Positions 15,343 through 27,177 of a stretch of DNA of 64,000 nucleotides are shown here, piece by piece. The notes beneath the pieces are model-generated. The model had not been told where the DNA came from and made no database searches. It worked only from the letters and a program-made list of their open reading frames with translations. The position numbers and the translations under genes are program-made. This DNA comes from the human T2T-CHM13v2.0 reference genome, Homo sapiens. The stretch's first letter is position 1, and each line of letters opens with the position of its first letter. The stretch lies in assembly GCF_009914755.1 (NCBI RefSeq), contig NC_060928.1; one strand, 5' to 3'.

Positions 15343-15449
15343 AAAAATATGGAACACTTCATGAATTTGCGTGTCATCCTTGTGCAGAGGCCCTGCTAAT
15401 CTTCTCTGTTTCGTTCCAATTTTAGTACATGTGCTGCCAAAGTGAGCAC
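15343..15449 (-). pseudogene. Full-length U6 snRNA processed pseudogene (5' part of U6-L1 chimera)
   Basis: Reverse complement GTGCTCACTTTGGCAGCACATGTACTAAAATTGGAACGAAACAGAGAAGATTAGCAGGGCC...GTTCCATATTTT; 9 mismatches to U6 by my count, 5 at CpGs; no recognisable upstream PSE/TATA. Confidence 0.95.
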
Positions 15450-16385
15450 CTCACATGTTTCTTATTGCAGTTTTAAATATGGGTACTAGAACATTTAAAA
15501 TTATATTTGTGGCTTATATTATCTTTCTGTTGAACAGCACTGTCTCTTTGAGTTATTTTTTGGATTTCCATGGAATAATTTGAAAATGATTGTATTAAAT
15601 GATATACTTCTAAAGAAAATTCTTGGGTCCAGTTACATTAATCCTCTCGAAGTTGTTAGTATACCTGAATGTATCCCTTATAAATAAAACGATTACTGTC
15701 ATAAGTACTAAACACCCCTCTGCTAAGAGAAGTTTATTCATTTTCCTTGGAAATTCCTCTATCATAAATAAAATGAAGTCAACATTTATGACAGTTCTAC
15801 TGGATGGAATATAACTGAATCCGTTTAAGAACTGGTATCAGGGTTAGCATTAGCTTGGATTTTGGACTAATCAAATGCAGTCATATTTTTAAATGTGCAG
15901 TTCTTTCTCAAAGGAGCATTTGAATCTATGTCACATTGAGCCGTGGTATAATGAGGTTTTGTTGTCCCTGAGAGAGTGACTATTTTCAGAACTTAGATGA
16001 ACAGCTATTTGCAAGGCAGCCTTAGTAAATATGACAGAAAAGAGGTTCATTTAAAAGCAGCTAGTTTAGGAACCACTTACTAACTGCCTGCTCTCTGCTC
16101 AGTGTTAGTATTAACTGCACAAGCAAAACACAAAAGAAATTAAAGGTGTGGTCCATGTCCTCGAAGTTCATCCTCTGGCTCAGGGATTCCTAACTGACAT
16201 CTACATTCTGAGGTATCTGATGAGATGTAAAGAGAGATTAATACCTTTATAATAGCAGCTAAAGCACTAAACTTTGAAAATTATTTCTTAAAAGTCGCAG
16301 ATCCAAAGTTACTTGAGGAAACACCACTTCCACACATGTTCTGTTACGGGAATTGTGCATGGCTTGCAGGTATTCTTCCCTAAAC

Positions 16386-16725
16386 CAGGGGTCCCCAACT
16401 CCTAAGCCACAGACCAGCCACACAGAGCAGCGGGCAAGGGAGCGAAGCTTCATCTGTATTTACAGCTGATCCCCATCGCCGATGTTACCGCCTGAACTCC
16501 GCCTCCTGTCAGATCAGCAGCGGCATTAGATTCTCACAGGAGCACGAACCCTATCGTGAACTGCGCATGCGAGTGATCTAGGTTGCGCGCTCCTTATGAG
16601 AATCTAACGCCTGATGACCTGAGGTGCAACAGTTTCATCCCGAAACCATCCCCCACCCCCAGTCCATGGAAAAATTGTCTTCCACGAAGCCAGTCCCTGG
16701 TCCTGGAAAAGGTTGGGGACCGCTG
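16386..16725 (+). mobile_element. MER1B-like hAT-Charlie element
   Basis: TIRs caggggtccccaac...ggttggggaccgctg with perfect 8-bp TSD ccctaaac. Confidence 0.85.
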
Positions 16726-17479
16726 CCCTAAACCGTGGTTGGTGGCAGTGTGTAGACTCGGTGACTGTTGTTCCAAGGTATAGCCAAGGGGAAAGTTGAA
16801 CCATAGTTGTAGTTGGGGAGGTTCTGAGCTACAAGAAAGGTAGAGAATCCTTCAGAGGCATTGTTTATAGAGTCCGTTCTATCTTCCTATTACAAATATT
16901 GAAACGTTTTCGGAAAGGGACCATTTGGGAAGTTTTTATAGAGCAAATGGCCCTTGGTTTGGGTCCTAAAAGAACTTAGAGGATTCAGCTTGTAAAGTTA
17001 AATGAGCGGTACTTTAGAAGGGGAAATTGATGTGACTGAGGATATATGGGGTGTTGAAAGGGGATTTATGAGTGGAAGAGAGAATACCTTATGTTAATTT
17101 GAAAGATAATTGTTCCACAGATATAATTTTCTAACTGTTGTGCTAATTTGTTCTAGAGCTTATTGTTCCCAAGGAACTTTGTGATGAGTCTATCTCAGAG
17201 TGTTTAATTGCCTGGAGCTTCCAGAGAATTGGCTATGTTTTTGGGGGAGGGAAGATGGGGTGGGAAGGTGATTGACCTTCTTGGGCAAAATCATTATTTG
17301 CCAGGTATCATTGTGGCCAAAGTTATTTATCTTGGCTTCATGTTGTATAAATACAGTGCAATCATCTATGAGTTTAGCAACTCAAATAGGACAGTGAGTA
17401 CTTTTGGGCTTGTGTATATAAAAATTAACACGTCGCATTTGTCTAGAATTTTATAGTTTTTCAAAGGGATTTTCAAATG

Positions 17480-17640
17480 CTCACATTTAACATCTCCAAC
17501 AATTCTTGTCTATTTATGGTTAAGGAAACTGAGGCCCAGAGAGTCTAGTGTCTTTCCCCAAAGTCACATAGGTAGTGGATGACTAGGCCAGAACTAGACT
17601 TAACTCTTGCCTTGTCGTCCAAGGTTCTGTTCCCTGGTAT
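17480..17640 (-). mobile_element. MIR SINE fragment
   Basis: aaggaaactgaggcccagagag...aaagtcacatag core. Confidence 0.55.
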
Positions 17641-18171
17641 GACACCCTCTCTCAGCAGGGACCCTGCTGACAGTGACTACGCGCTGGTGGCTGGCGTCTC
17701 CTGAGTTCCTTGTACTCAGCCTGATCATGAGGAACTGACTCAGAGAAATGAGAGTCTGCTGATTCAGAGCTGAATATCCTTTCCCAGTCTTTCATTTCCC
17801 AGCTTTCTCTTCTCCTAAATTGATTTCTGTCAGCTCCCAAGCAGCTTTCTTAGTTGTCGTAGCTATTAGAACTCTTAGAGCACTTTAAGAGTCTTTCTGA
17901 CTTAATTTACTAGCAATGAATGTATTGCATGAGAAACCTTTAATTATAGCTATATTTTGGGTAGGTATCACTATTTTTGCCTGTCAAACCAAAACTGAAG
18001 GAGAACTGTCACTAACTTAACCTCTACATAGATTTCCTTTAATAATTCTCATTGACTTTGTTATTCTGTTATACACATTGACTTCCATTGAATGGATTTG
18101 TAGCAGGCCAAGAATGAGTGAGATACCAGTACGAAGGCTATTACGGTAGTCCTGGCAAAACACTGGGCTTT

Positions 18172-18477
18172 GCTGGGCATGGTGGCTCACACCTATAATC
18201 TTAGCGCCTTGGGAGGCTGAGACGGGCAGATTGCTTGAGCCCAGGAGTTTGAGACTAGCCTGGGCAACATGGTGAGACCCCATGTCTACAAAAAACACAA
18301 ACATTAGCCAGGTATGGTGGCGCATGCCTGTAGTCCCAGCTACTCAGGAGGCTGAGGTGGGAGGATTGTTCGAGCCTAGAGGTCGAGGCTGCAGTGAGGT
18401 GTGATCTTGCCACTGCACTCTAGCCTGGGTGTCAGAGCAAGACCCTGTCTCAAAACAAAACAAAACAAAACAAAAAA
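18172..18477 (+). mobile_element. Alu (AluJ-like) with (CAAAA)n tail
   Basis: Full dimer. Confidence 0.88.
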
Positions 18478-18792
18478 CCCCAAATCCACCAGGCTTCGAT
18501 TAGGGTGGTAGCAGTGGAATTTGGGATGGAAGCTGCCATCTCTCCACTGGCATGAGTCAAGAGGGAGCCAGGAGTGCCACAGGCTCCAGAGAAAACTTCT
18601 TGCCCAGCCTTCCTATCACTAGTGTTGAGAGAAGAGAGGGGCTTCTGGCAAGACCTTCTCCCACACCACTGGGAGACCTGTTACTCCATCACCACATCTG
18701 CTTTGAGACTGTTGGCACACTAATTTCATTTTCCTCTTTATCCTGTTTACAACTATTTACACTGACAGCCTTTAAAACACCAAGGCTTCTAG

Positions 18793-19115
18793 GTTTTTTT
18801 GTTTTTGTTTAAATTTTTGTTGTTGTTGTTTTTTAGAGACAGGGTCTTGCCCTGTCACTCAAGCCAAAGCGCAGTGGTGTGATTATAGCTCACCGCAGCC
18901 TCAAACTCCTGGGCTCAAATGATCCTCCCACCGCAGCCTCTTGAGTAGTTAGCATTACACGCACGCACCACCATGCCTGATTACTTTTAAATTTCTTACA
19001 GAGACAGGGTCTTGCTGTGTTGCCTAGGGAGCTCTCAAACTCTTAAACTGAAGTGATCCTCCCACCTCGGCCTCCCAAAGTGCTGGGATCACAGACGTGA
19101 GCTACCACACCTGGC
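18793..19115 (-). mobile_element. Alu (AluJ-like)
   Basis: Reverse dimer; TSD-like cttctaggttttttt / cttctagatttttt. Confidence 0.85.
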
Positions 19116-21138
19116 CCTTCTAGATTTTTTCTTAATCCAAGTCTTTACTCTCCATATATAAGAGATGGATAATTAGATAAGTTTCCCTCCCACTGAATAT
19201 TCCCTATTGCTTACCCTTCCCCTGCTTCATCTTCTGCTATAGCACTCACCATTTGTTTTGGCACACTGAATATTTTTCTGAATTATTGATTTTCTTCTGC
19301 CACTATCATGTAAACTTCATAAAGGTGGCAGGGGTTTGGTTCATGTATCATCAGCATCCTAACAGGGTCTGGCACATGAAATATTTGAAAAGATGAAGTG
19401 AGTGGAGTTTTAAGTCTTTAGATAGCACATTTTAAAAGTGAGTTCATAAATTATTCTACAAAAGCAATGAAATGCCTTTATAAACTGGAAGAATGTCAGA
19501 TGTTCTTTGTTTTGTTTAATCCCATTTGGTGGCTTGTGTAATTATAACACAGATTAATGAATAACTCTTAGTAATTCCAAAATTACCCTAATGGCAATAA
19601 TATGTATTTGTATGATGCCATTTACAGTAGCCTGAATGAATTTTTTATTCCTCTGTCAGATAAATAGTTGTATCTCAATGTTATAAATGTTAAAAATTAT
19701 AAATGCTTAAAAATGTTGTAAATGTAAGAGAGAAGGCTATTCACAAAAACATTCCTTTCCAGGAAAACAGAGACCAGTCTAGTGTGAGACATAGGTGTGT
19801 AGTTGGTTAGAGCAAGGCATATGAGAAGGTACAGAATGATGAGAAGGTTTTACCTTCATGCCCATGAGGTGGCTAAATTGTCAGTAGTAGTTTTGGGCAT
19901 GTGAGCTGCTGCTTCTCAATACTGACAGCATTTTAGGGGACTGGACTTTGTACAGCTCTGCATTGCCTGCTGAGGAATCCAGGCATCAGCAACAGAAAGT
20001 TCCAAAGCATTAACAGAAGATTTAATTATGTTATAGCTGTACATCCAAATGGAAGGGAGCTGGAGATAGCCAAGAGTTCTCTGCTAGGTGTTTTTCAGAC
20101 ATGCTTCTCATGAATTAAATAATTTTAGTCCTGATGTGGAGATTGGGAGCACTGAAAAGTGGTACTACCATAGAGCAGTTTTCTGTGATGAAGTAGGTAG
20201 AGTAAGCAAATGTGTTACATAAGAATTTCTGCAGCAACTCTTCCAGACACCTTCTACCTTACTTGATAACAGAGTGTCCTGATCACATGATTTGCAGAGA
20301 ATGAGAGATCTGTGAATGATTGCTGAGATGATGGCCCCAACCCAGTAGCTCAGCTTCCAACTTCTTAAGCAGCTCTAGACTACTGATACCTTCCTTTCCT
20401 AGGTCCAAATGCTAGGGACAACCTGGCTCAAAATCAAAGTTAAACTTTAAAAGTTATGTAATATTTTGTTGCTGATGTGTTTCTAACTTTTGGCAGTCTT
20501 CAAAAAATAATCCCATAGCTGCTATTAATTTCAGGGGAATTAATGATTATATGATTATAATTTAATCATGGGGATGGGTTGTAAAAATCATTCATAAGGA
20601 AAATAGGTTGTAGATTGAGTTCTGATATTGGACCTTTAAACAAAAAAGTCATGAAAGTCTTTATCCAAATTGCTGGTTATCTCCCTGATTCTAGAAAGGT
20701 TGAATCATTTTACCGAGACAAATAGATACGCAGTGCCTTTTCTTGTGGGTGGAGAGTTACACTGCCGGCCTGACCTGGCCACCTCTTTTTGGTGTTAAAG
20801 TTTAGATATGAAGTAGTTACAAACACAGCTTTATTGTAGCTCTTCTGGGCCGCTGTTTCGTTTATCAGGTTGGGGATTTCCTGGAGCCTTAACTTTCTTT
20901 TCCTTATCTCTGTGTTGTCTGGATGCTGGTACCTGGTCAGATAGCCTTTCGGTAGCACTTTTTCAAAAAAACGTATAATATGTGTACTTTAAAAATTCCT
21001 CTCATTGTTATGTATATTGCATTGCTGCTTGATACTACACAAAGTTTCCAAATAAAGGGAAATTGTGGAGCTTTGTTTAGATACTTTAAGAGGGTAATGG
21101 CTACGGCTATATACTTTTGCTGGTTTTTATAAATATTA

Positions 21139-21194
21139 ATGATAGCAATTATGTTGAAGGAAAAATTGTGTGAGTCAAATTGCACCCTTCCAGG
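21139..21194 (+). CDS. FNIP2: Candidate alternative first coding exon of FNIP2 (MIAIMLKEKLCESNCTLP-G)
   Basis: ATGs at 21139 and 21151 after an in-frame TAA; open frame to a strong donor AGG|GTGAGT at 21194/21195; phase 2 matches the exon 2 acceptor. Confidence 0.5.
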
Positions 21195-22269
21195 GTGAGT
21201 GCTTTGCTTTTCCTTTCAGCTGTCAGAAATTGTTTTGCCTCTGATGATTCTCTTAAAATAAAGCTTGCAGAATTATTACAGATTAAGGAAATCAAGTGAT
21301 CATTAATGGCAAGAATTTTTTTTAAAAATAGTTTTTCCCATTGTTTGTAAATAATACATGCCTATTATTAGAAAATTCGAAAATATAAAAGAATTTTTAA
21401 AAAGTATCCTGATCATGGCTGCTCAAAAGCGTTCTGATATTGTTTTTCTATGCTTTCTTTTTTCTGTTTTAGTTTTATAAAACTTTTTCTACATTTAGTT
21501 TTATAAAAGCATACTTGTTATCAAACTGCATATACAATTTTTATCCCATTCTTTTTATTTAACATAAGAATTTTCTATGTTTCACAGATTTTATGAAGAT
21601 GTGCCACTCATTCATTGATTCTTTCAGTTACTGGGTGCCTTCTCTCTGTGCTCTGGGTGCCAAATGCTTTGCTTTTTAAAGTATGGAGACATGGGAGTAG
21701 AAAATAATCTAGATTATAATTAGGAACTGCACATCTTCCTGAATTTCCATGTAACTTTGATCTGGATCTGAAAGTTAAATTATTTCCCAGGTAGTTCCAC
21801 ATTTTAAGTCAAAACAATAATACTCATTGGTTTGTATTATATATTTAAGCTAACTTTGTGTGGATTAAAAAAAAAATCACTCTGCCTAGGAGTCTTTCCC
21901 TAGCTGAAGTGCTGGACTGGGAGTGGAGGGCAGAGCAGAATCCTGGGGAGGCGGTAGGGGCCGGTGTGCTTGGCTTCTGCACAGGAATTGTTTATAGGGG
22001 TGAGTGAGTAGGGCAGGGTTCATGGCAAGGTGTCCGACAAGATACTTAGTCACTCACAAAGCACATGACTTGGGCCTTGTCCTCAGAGGACTGAATTAGT
22101 GAGAATCTAAACATTCTAGGTGGCACGGAATTTGAGATGTAGAAGAAAGAATTTGACTTATCAGTCAGTGATATCCAATTGCCTCCTCCTTAGCCCCTTC
22201 CCAGATCTGTCCCAGTGGTCAGGCGCAGACGTGGTATGAGAATGAGCAGGGTGGGCCTGCTCCTGAGCA

Positions 22270-22460
22270 AGGATGCCTGGATTTAAGGCCTGGCTCTGCC
22301 ACTGACAAACTGTATACCTTGGGCCAGTTCCTTAACCTTCCTGTGCTTCATTCTCCTCATCTGTTAAGAGAAGATATTACTACTGCCTACTTCCTATGGT
22401 TAAATGAAACACATAGAACGATGCTTGGCACATAAAAGAGCACTCAGTGGATCTAACTAC
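22270..22460 (+). mobile_element. MIR SINE
   Basis: cctggctctgccactgac...ccttgggccagttccttaaccttcctgtgcttca...ctcatctgt. Confidence 0.65.
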
Positions 22461-24684
22461 CTACCAGTATTTTCTACCCTATATGACTGAATTTGACATA
22501 TTGACACATTTCCTTAGCGCTGAGCTCGTCAGATGAGTTTAGATGGCATTAAGGTAGGTATGTTATTGTTTGATTGCACACTGAACTGGTATCGTGAGGA
22601 TGGCCTGCTGCTTAGCTAGCTGTTAGGAACTATCCATGGTCATGTTTCTGAAAACAGCCAAGTATTGACAGACTTGGTTCTGATCCTGGATCTGTCTCCA
22701 AAGCCCATTCCCCTAAAGTAGACTGCTTCAAAAAAGCTTGCACACCCCCTTACCTTAATCTACTGGCTGTGGGCTAAGAGGAGGACCTATTTTGTTTTTA
22801 ATAAACTTTGATTGAATTATAATATACAAAACACTGTACATATTCGGGTTGCTGTGTGTTCACAGTACCAGCACTGGGATCAAGAAACAGCATCCCATAA
22901 CCTTTTTGTGTCTTTCTGGGGACCGTGCTTCGAAGTCTCTGGTAGAAAGATTTGTGATCATTTGTTCTTGTGCAAGGAGAAGGCATTATGGAAGATAGGG
23001 AATTACCCGGATAAAGAGGAGGATCATTTGTGATGCTGTGGATCTTAAACCTCCCCCACTCCCTCCTGTCCTGTATTTATTTCTCCTTTTTTTCTCATTA
23101 ATGTAATGTGAATATCAGAGAAAGAGGGATTCTTTTTTTTTTTCCTTTCAAGATTGGACATACTGAGAGGAGAAAGATTCATTATTGCAAGATTCATTAA
23201 ATGAGAATAATCAGAATGGACTTTTTAGGGAGCTGTATTAAGTCTTAGATTTTTCTCCTCCAAGCTACGTTTCTCAATTGTTGCTTCTGAGTTAATTTTT
23301 CATTACATATCATGATCATTGCTTTTCATCATTTGAAGAATGTGAAGTCAAGGAATTACAGAAATGCATGAATACTTACCTAGAAACTTTCATGACTTTA
23401 ATTCTCCCAACTCTAAATTAGGCATGGGAATGGGCTTTTTCTCAGGTGTCAAATCTTGGATTGGAGGTGGGTCCTGGCAGCACTGCATCCGAAGGTTTTG
23501 GAGAGGAGTCTGGGCATCACAGGAGACAATGTGATTGTTTAGAGATTTTGGCCACGGGGAAAAGAGGTTGGACTTGTGTCTTGAGTACCAGATATTTGTC
23601 TTTGGTGATCTAAATGATACTGTGCTATTTATTGATTCTTAAACTTGGCACTCTTCTGTAGGACCACTTAATACCTGGTACATGAGATTGGAAACAGTAC
23701 AAATAGCAGCTTTAAAAAATTGAAGTAGTAGTCTGCCTTCCTTACATATACCACATGGATTCATCATGCTTTCATACTTCTGTGGTCCTCCCTTCCAGTG
23801 TCTTAGAAAGTTCATCAGTTTTGTGAAAGTAGCAGTGGTGGCAACAGCAGTTCCAGTCAACAACCTATTGAACCGCATGTGGAATGTGGGAGTCTAGTCA
23901 GTGATTGCAGACACTTTTGTAAATGTGTAAACTTTGGATAACCCAAATTATCTTCTATGATACATGGATGAACTGTAGAAAGGAAATAGATAACTTGGCC
24001 ATGTGTAGGGTTACAAATAGGGTGGATGATAAATTGTAATATGCATAGTATTTAATATTTAAGAGCAGGCACCCAGCATGATAATGAATAACAATGTGAA
24101 TACCTCTCTAAGTGTGTAATTACATTTTAGGAAAGTGAAGATCGAGAAAAAAGGGAGATTGGATTGAGGGAGAGAACAGACTCTTAAGCATAAAAGATCT
24201 ACACATACCTCCTCTTAGTTACTCTCTGAGTTGCTCTAATGTCTCAGAAGAGTGGTTGTGATGATACAATTATGCTTTTTCCACTTACTGAAGAAATTTT
24301 AGAGCTCCTATTTAAACATAAGGAAATTTGAAGTCATGTAGAGACATCCCCTTTAACATATAATAGTTGTGGTTTTTTCATTTCTACCCTATTACATTTT
24401 ATCAGATTTTGAACTGTGGAATTAAGGCTTATTAGTTGGGTAACAGAGGAAATGGCATTTTCACTTTTAAAAAAATCTAAAAATCCTTTCTGTTAAGATA
24501 TCATGTTGGTCTCACTGATTGGAGTGATCCCAAGATATTAAAAGCCTCTATGGGAGCTTTTGCTATAGTAAACGAGGGAAAGGGAGAAATGGAGTGTGAG
24601 TGTATAAGCACCCTCCTGATCAGACTGTATGCATCTGACTATCAAAGAAGCACACTGCTTGTTACAGTTAGATTCATATCATAG

Positions 24685-24994
24685 TTTTTGTTTTGTTTTG
24701 TTTTGTTTTTAGGTGGAGTCTCGCTGTGTTGCTCAGGCTGGAGTGCAGTGGCACGATCTCAGCTCACTGCAACCTCTGCCTCCTGAGTTCAAGAGATTCT
24801 CCTGCCTCAGCCTCCGAGTAGCTGGGACTATAGGCATCCACCACCACACCTGGCTAATTTTTTTGTATTTTTTTAGTAGAGACGGGGTTTCACCATGTTG
24901 GTCAGGCTGGTCTCAAACTCCTGACCTCAAATGATCCGTCCACCTCAGCCTCCCAAAATGCTGGGATTATAGGTGGGAGCCACCGCACCTGGCC
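24685..24994 (-). mobile_element. Alu (AluSx-like)
   Basis: Reverse dimer; TSD catatcatagtttt. Confidence 0.9.
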
Positions 24995-25167
24995 CATATC
25001 ATAGTTTTAATGCAAATATTTAGTGTTATTAAACCAATCAGAAAGTATCTGATGGACATCTACCATGGATAAAACCTGCATGAGGTACAAAAATGAATGT
25101 CAAGACCCAGACTAATATGCAAATAATTTATAATCTAGTTAGGATCGTAAGAGATGTATTATACACT

Positions 25168-25446
25168 TTTTTTTTTTTTTTTTTGGACACAGGGTCTCTC
25201 TCTGTTGTCCAGGCTGGAATGCAGTGGTGCGGTCATAGCTGACTGCAGTCCTGAACTACTGAGCTAAGTGATCCTCTCACCTCAGCTTCCTAAGTAGCTG
25301 GGACTACAGGCGCATGCCACTACTCCTGGCTCATTTTCTAATTTTTTGTAGAGATGAGGTCTTGCTATGTTGCCCAGGCTGGTCTTTAAATCCTGCTTCA
25401 AGTAGTCCTCTCGCCTTGGCCTCTCAAAGCACTGCGATTATAGGCT
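25168..25446 (-). mobile_element. Alu (AluJ-like)
   Basis: Reverse dimer. Confidence 0.85.
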
Positions 25447-25850
25447 TGATCTACAGTAGTTTTCATAGTGCTTGTATAAGTAATCTTTTGGTTCTCTGTT
25501 AAAAAGAGAAAGTGACTTTAAAGGCAGTTTATGGGAAGAAAGAACTCATGATCAGTGGCCATGTCAGTTCTAAGCTCAAAATGTGTTCTTCTTGGAGAAA
25601 GGAATTCATTTTCTCCTAATCTGGTTTTATCTTGATACTATCAATTTAGCATGTGCCACAGAGAATTCAAGTTGTCATATGTGTGTTGCAATTTTTATTT
25701 CTCAGGAGAGGGTGAATTTCAGCTATTTTTTGAGTTTATTTTGAAGGAATTTTAGGGATTATATATATAAGATTGTCTTAAGGTAATTGAAGGCCCTGCC
25801 ATGACATTAGTTTTTCTCACACTCATGGAGTGAAATGTGTGGATACCGTA

Positions 25851-25896
25851 CATTAAAAGTAATGGCAAAAACCGCAATTACTTTTGCACCAACCTA
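25851..25896. mobile_element. Half MADE1 (Hsmar1 MITE, single TIR)
   Basis: taatggcaaaaaccgcaattacttttgcaccaacct matches the MADE1/Hsmar1 TIR. Confidence 0.85.
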
Positions 25897-27001
25897 GTAC
25901 AAAGGTGCATTTAAAAATTGCTGAAGCCAAAGGACCAGACAAGAGTGCATCAGGTTTTAGGAATCCATTAATGTTTTCTTCACCAAATTCCAGGACTAAG
26001 AAAAGGAAAAGAATTGGGGCAATCCCTTGTAGTTTTGTATGTAAAGATTTGACCTGTATTCCAGGGATCTTGATTTTTATTTCTAATAAAAGAAAAATGT
26101 TTTCTTCGTGAACCCACAGAATCATATTGATTCTGTAGCATTGTTCTCCTTTTTCAGATGAAGAATATTAGTGTCAGAAGTCAAAATTGAGCTGCTTTTG
26201 TCCTCAGGTTGGGCTTTCTCATTTGAATATGCCTAGGAATTCAGTGCAAGAGTTCTGAGGGTTTATGGCTGCTCGTTATCATTTTTTTTGCTTGTATTAA
26301 AGCAAGGATATATCCCTAATCTGTGTCCCACCTCCCCTTGTCATCTATACATTAAGTCCTACATTTGGCTGTTGTGGGTAACCATCCCTCACTTGCTGTG
26401 GGTAGAATTTTGCAAGATTGCAGAGTAAGACCTGTCAGCTGACACTGGCTCACATGAGAGCCATTAAGAGGGTGGTGTGGCCAATGTCAGAACAACCTTG
26501 CAGCTGAAGGCAAGTCACTGCATTGCCCAGAGCCATATGAACAGGTCTTGTGACCAATTAATTGACTACTACATAATCTCCAGCTAGGGTGCACAGATGG
26601 AGTGAGTCAGTCCAAGCTGCTCAACCTGTTAAATGTCTTTTCTTTGCTAACTGGAGTATAAGCTTAAGAACAAAAGTAGGACTTGTCTATGTTTGTAATG
26701 GGATTGCAGACAGCGTGTTTTGTAATGTGATAGATGGATCTGACTTCCTAAATTATTGGCAGGCTTAATTTACGTAACAAATGAATGTTCCACCTTTTTT
26801 TTTTTTTAAACCTTTGAAAGGGGAAATTAGTACACTGCTGTCAAGTAGCTTTTCTCACATACTGTATAGGGAGTGAAATGATTGTTTAGAACTGCTGGTC
26901 ATTACAGAATGTTCCTCACATAACAAAGGAACTTCAGGATTTGTCTCCAAGTCCATGTTTATGGTCAGGATAAACCAGAAGAACATTAAACCGTTCAGGA
27001 G

Positions 27002-27177
27002 ATGTGCGGCGGCACAGCGAACACCACAAACCAGCCAGAGAGCTGGCAAGACTCTGCCAGATGTGTGAGTGATGCTGTTCCTGGTGCTGGGAGGATTTAC
27101 AGGGCGCTTTTATGCACAAAGATTAAAAAACACACCGGAGTAGACAGGAGCACTGACCACACGGAACTCGACAACAG
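27002..27177 (+). CDS. FNIP2: FNIP2 alternative first coding exon (58 aa MCGGTANTTNQPESW...HTELDN + AG)
   Basis: ATG-led ORF ending at CAG|GTTTGA donor, phase 2, in frame with exon 2; 23 aa longer than the recalled canonical N-terminus, consistent with a recalled 1137-aa isoform. Confidence 0.78.

Noticed and set aside
15343-15449. U6 copy as a functional snRNA gene
   Set aside because: Nine substitutions, fusion to an L1 tail, a flanking TSD, and MER33 sequence rather than PSE/TATA upstream.
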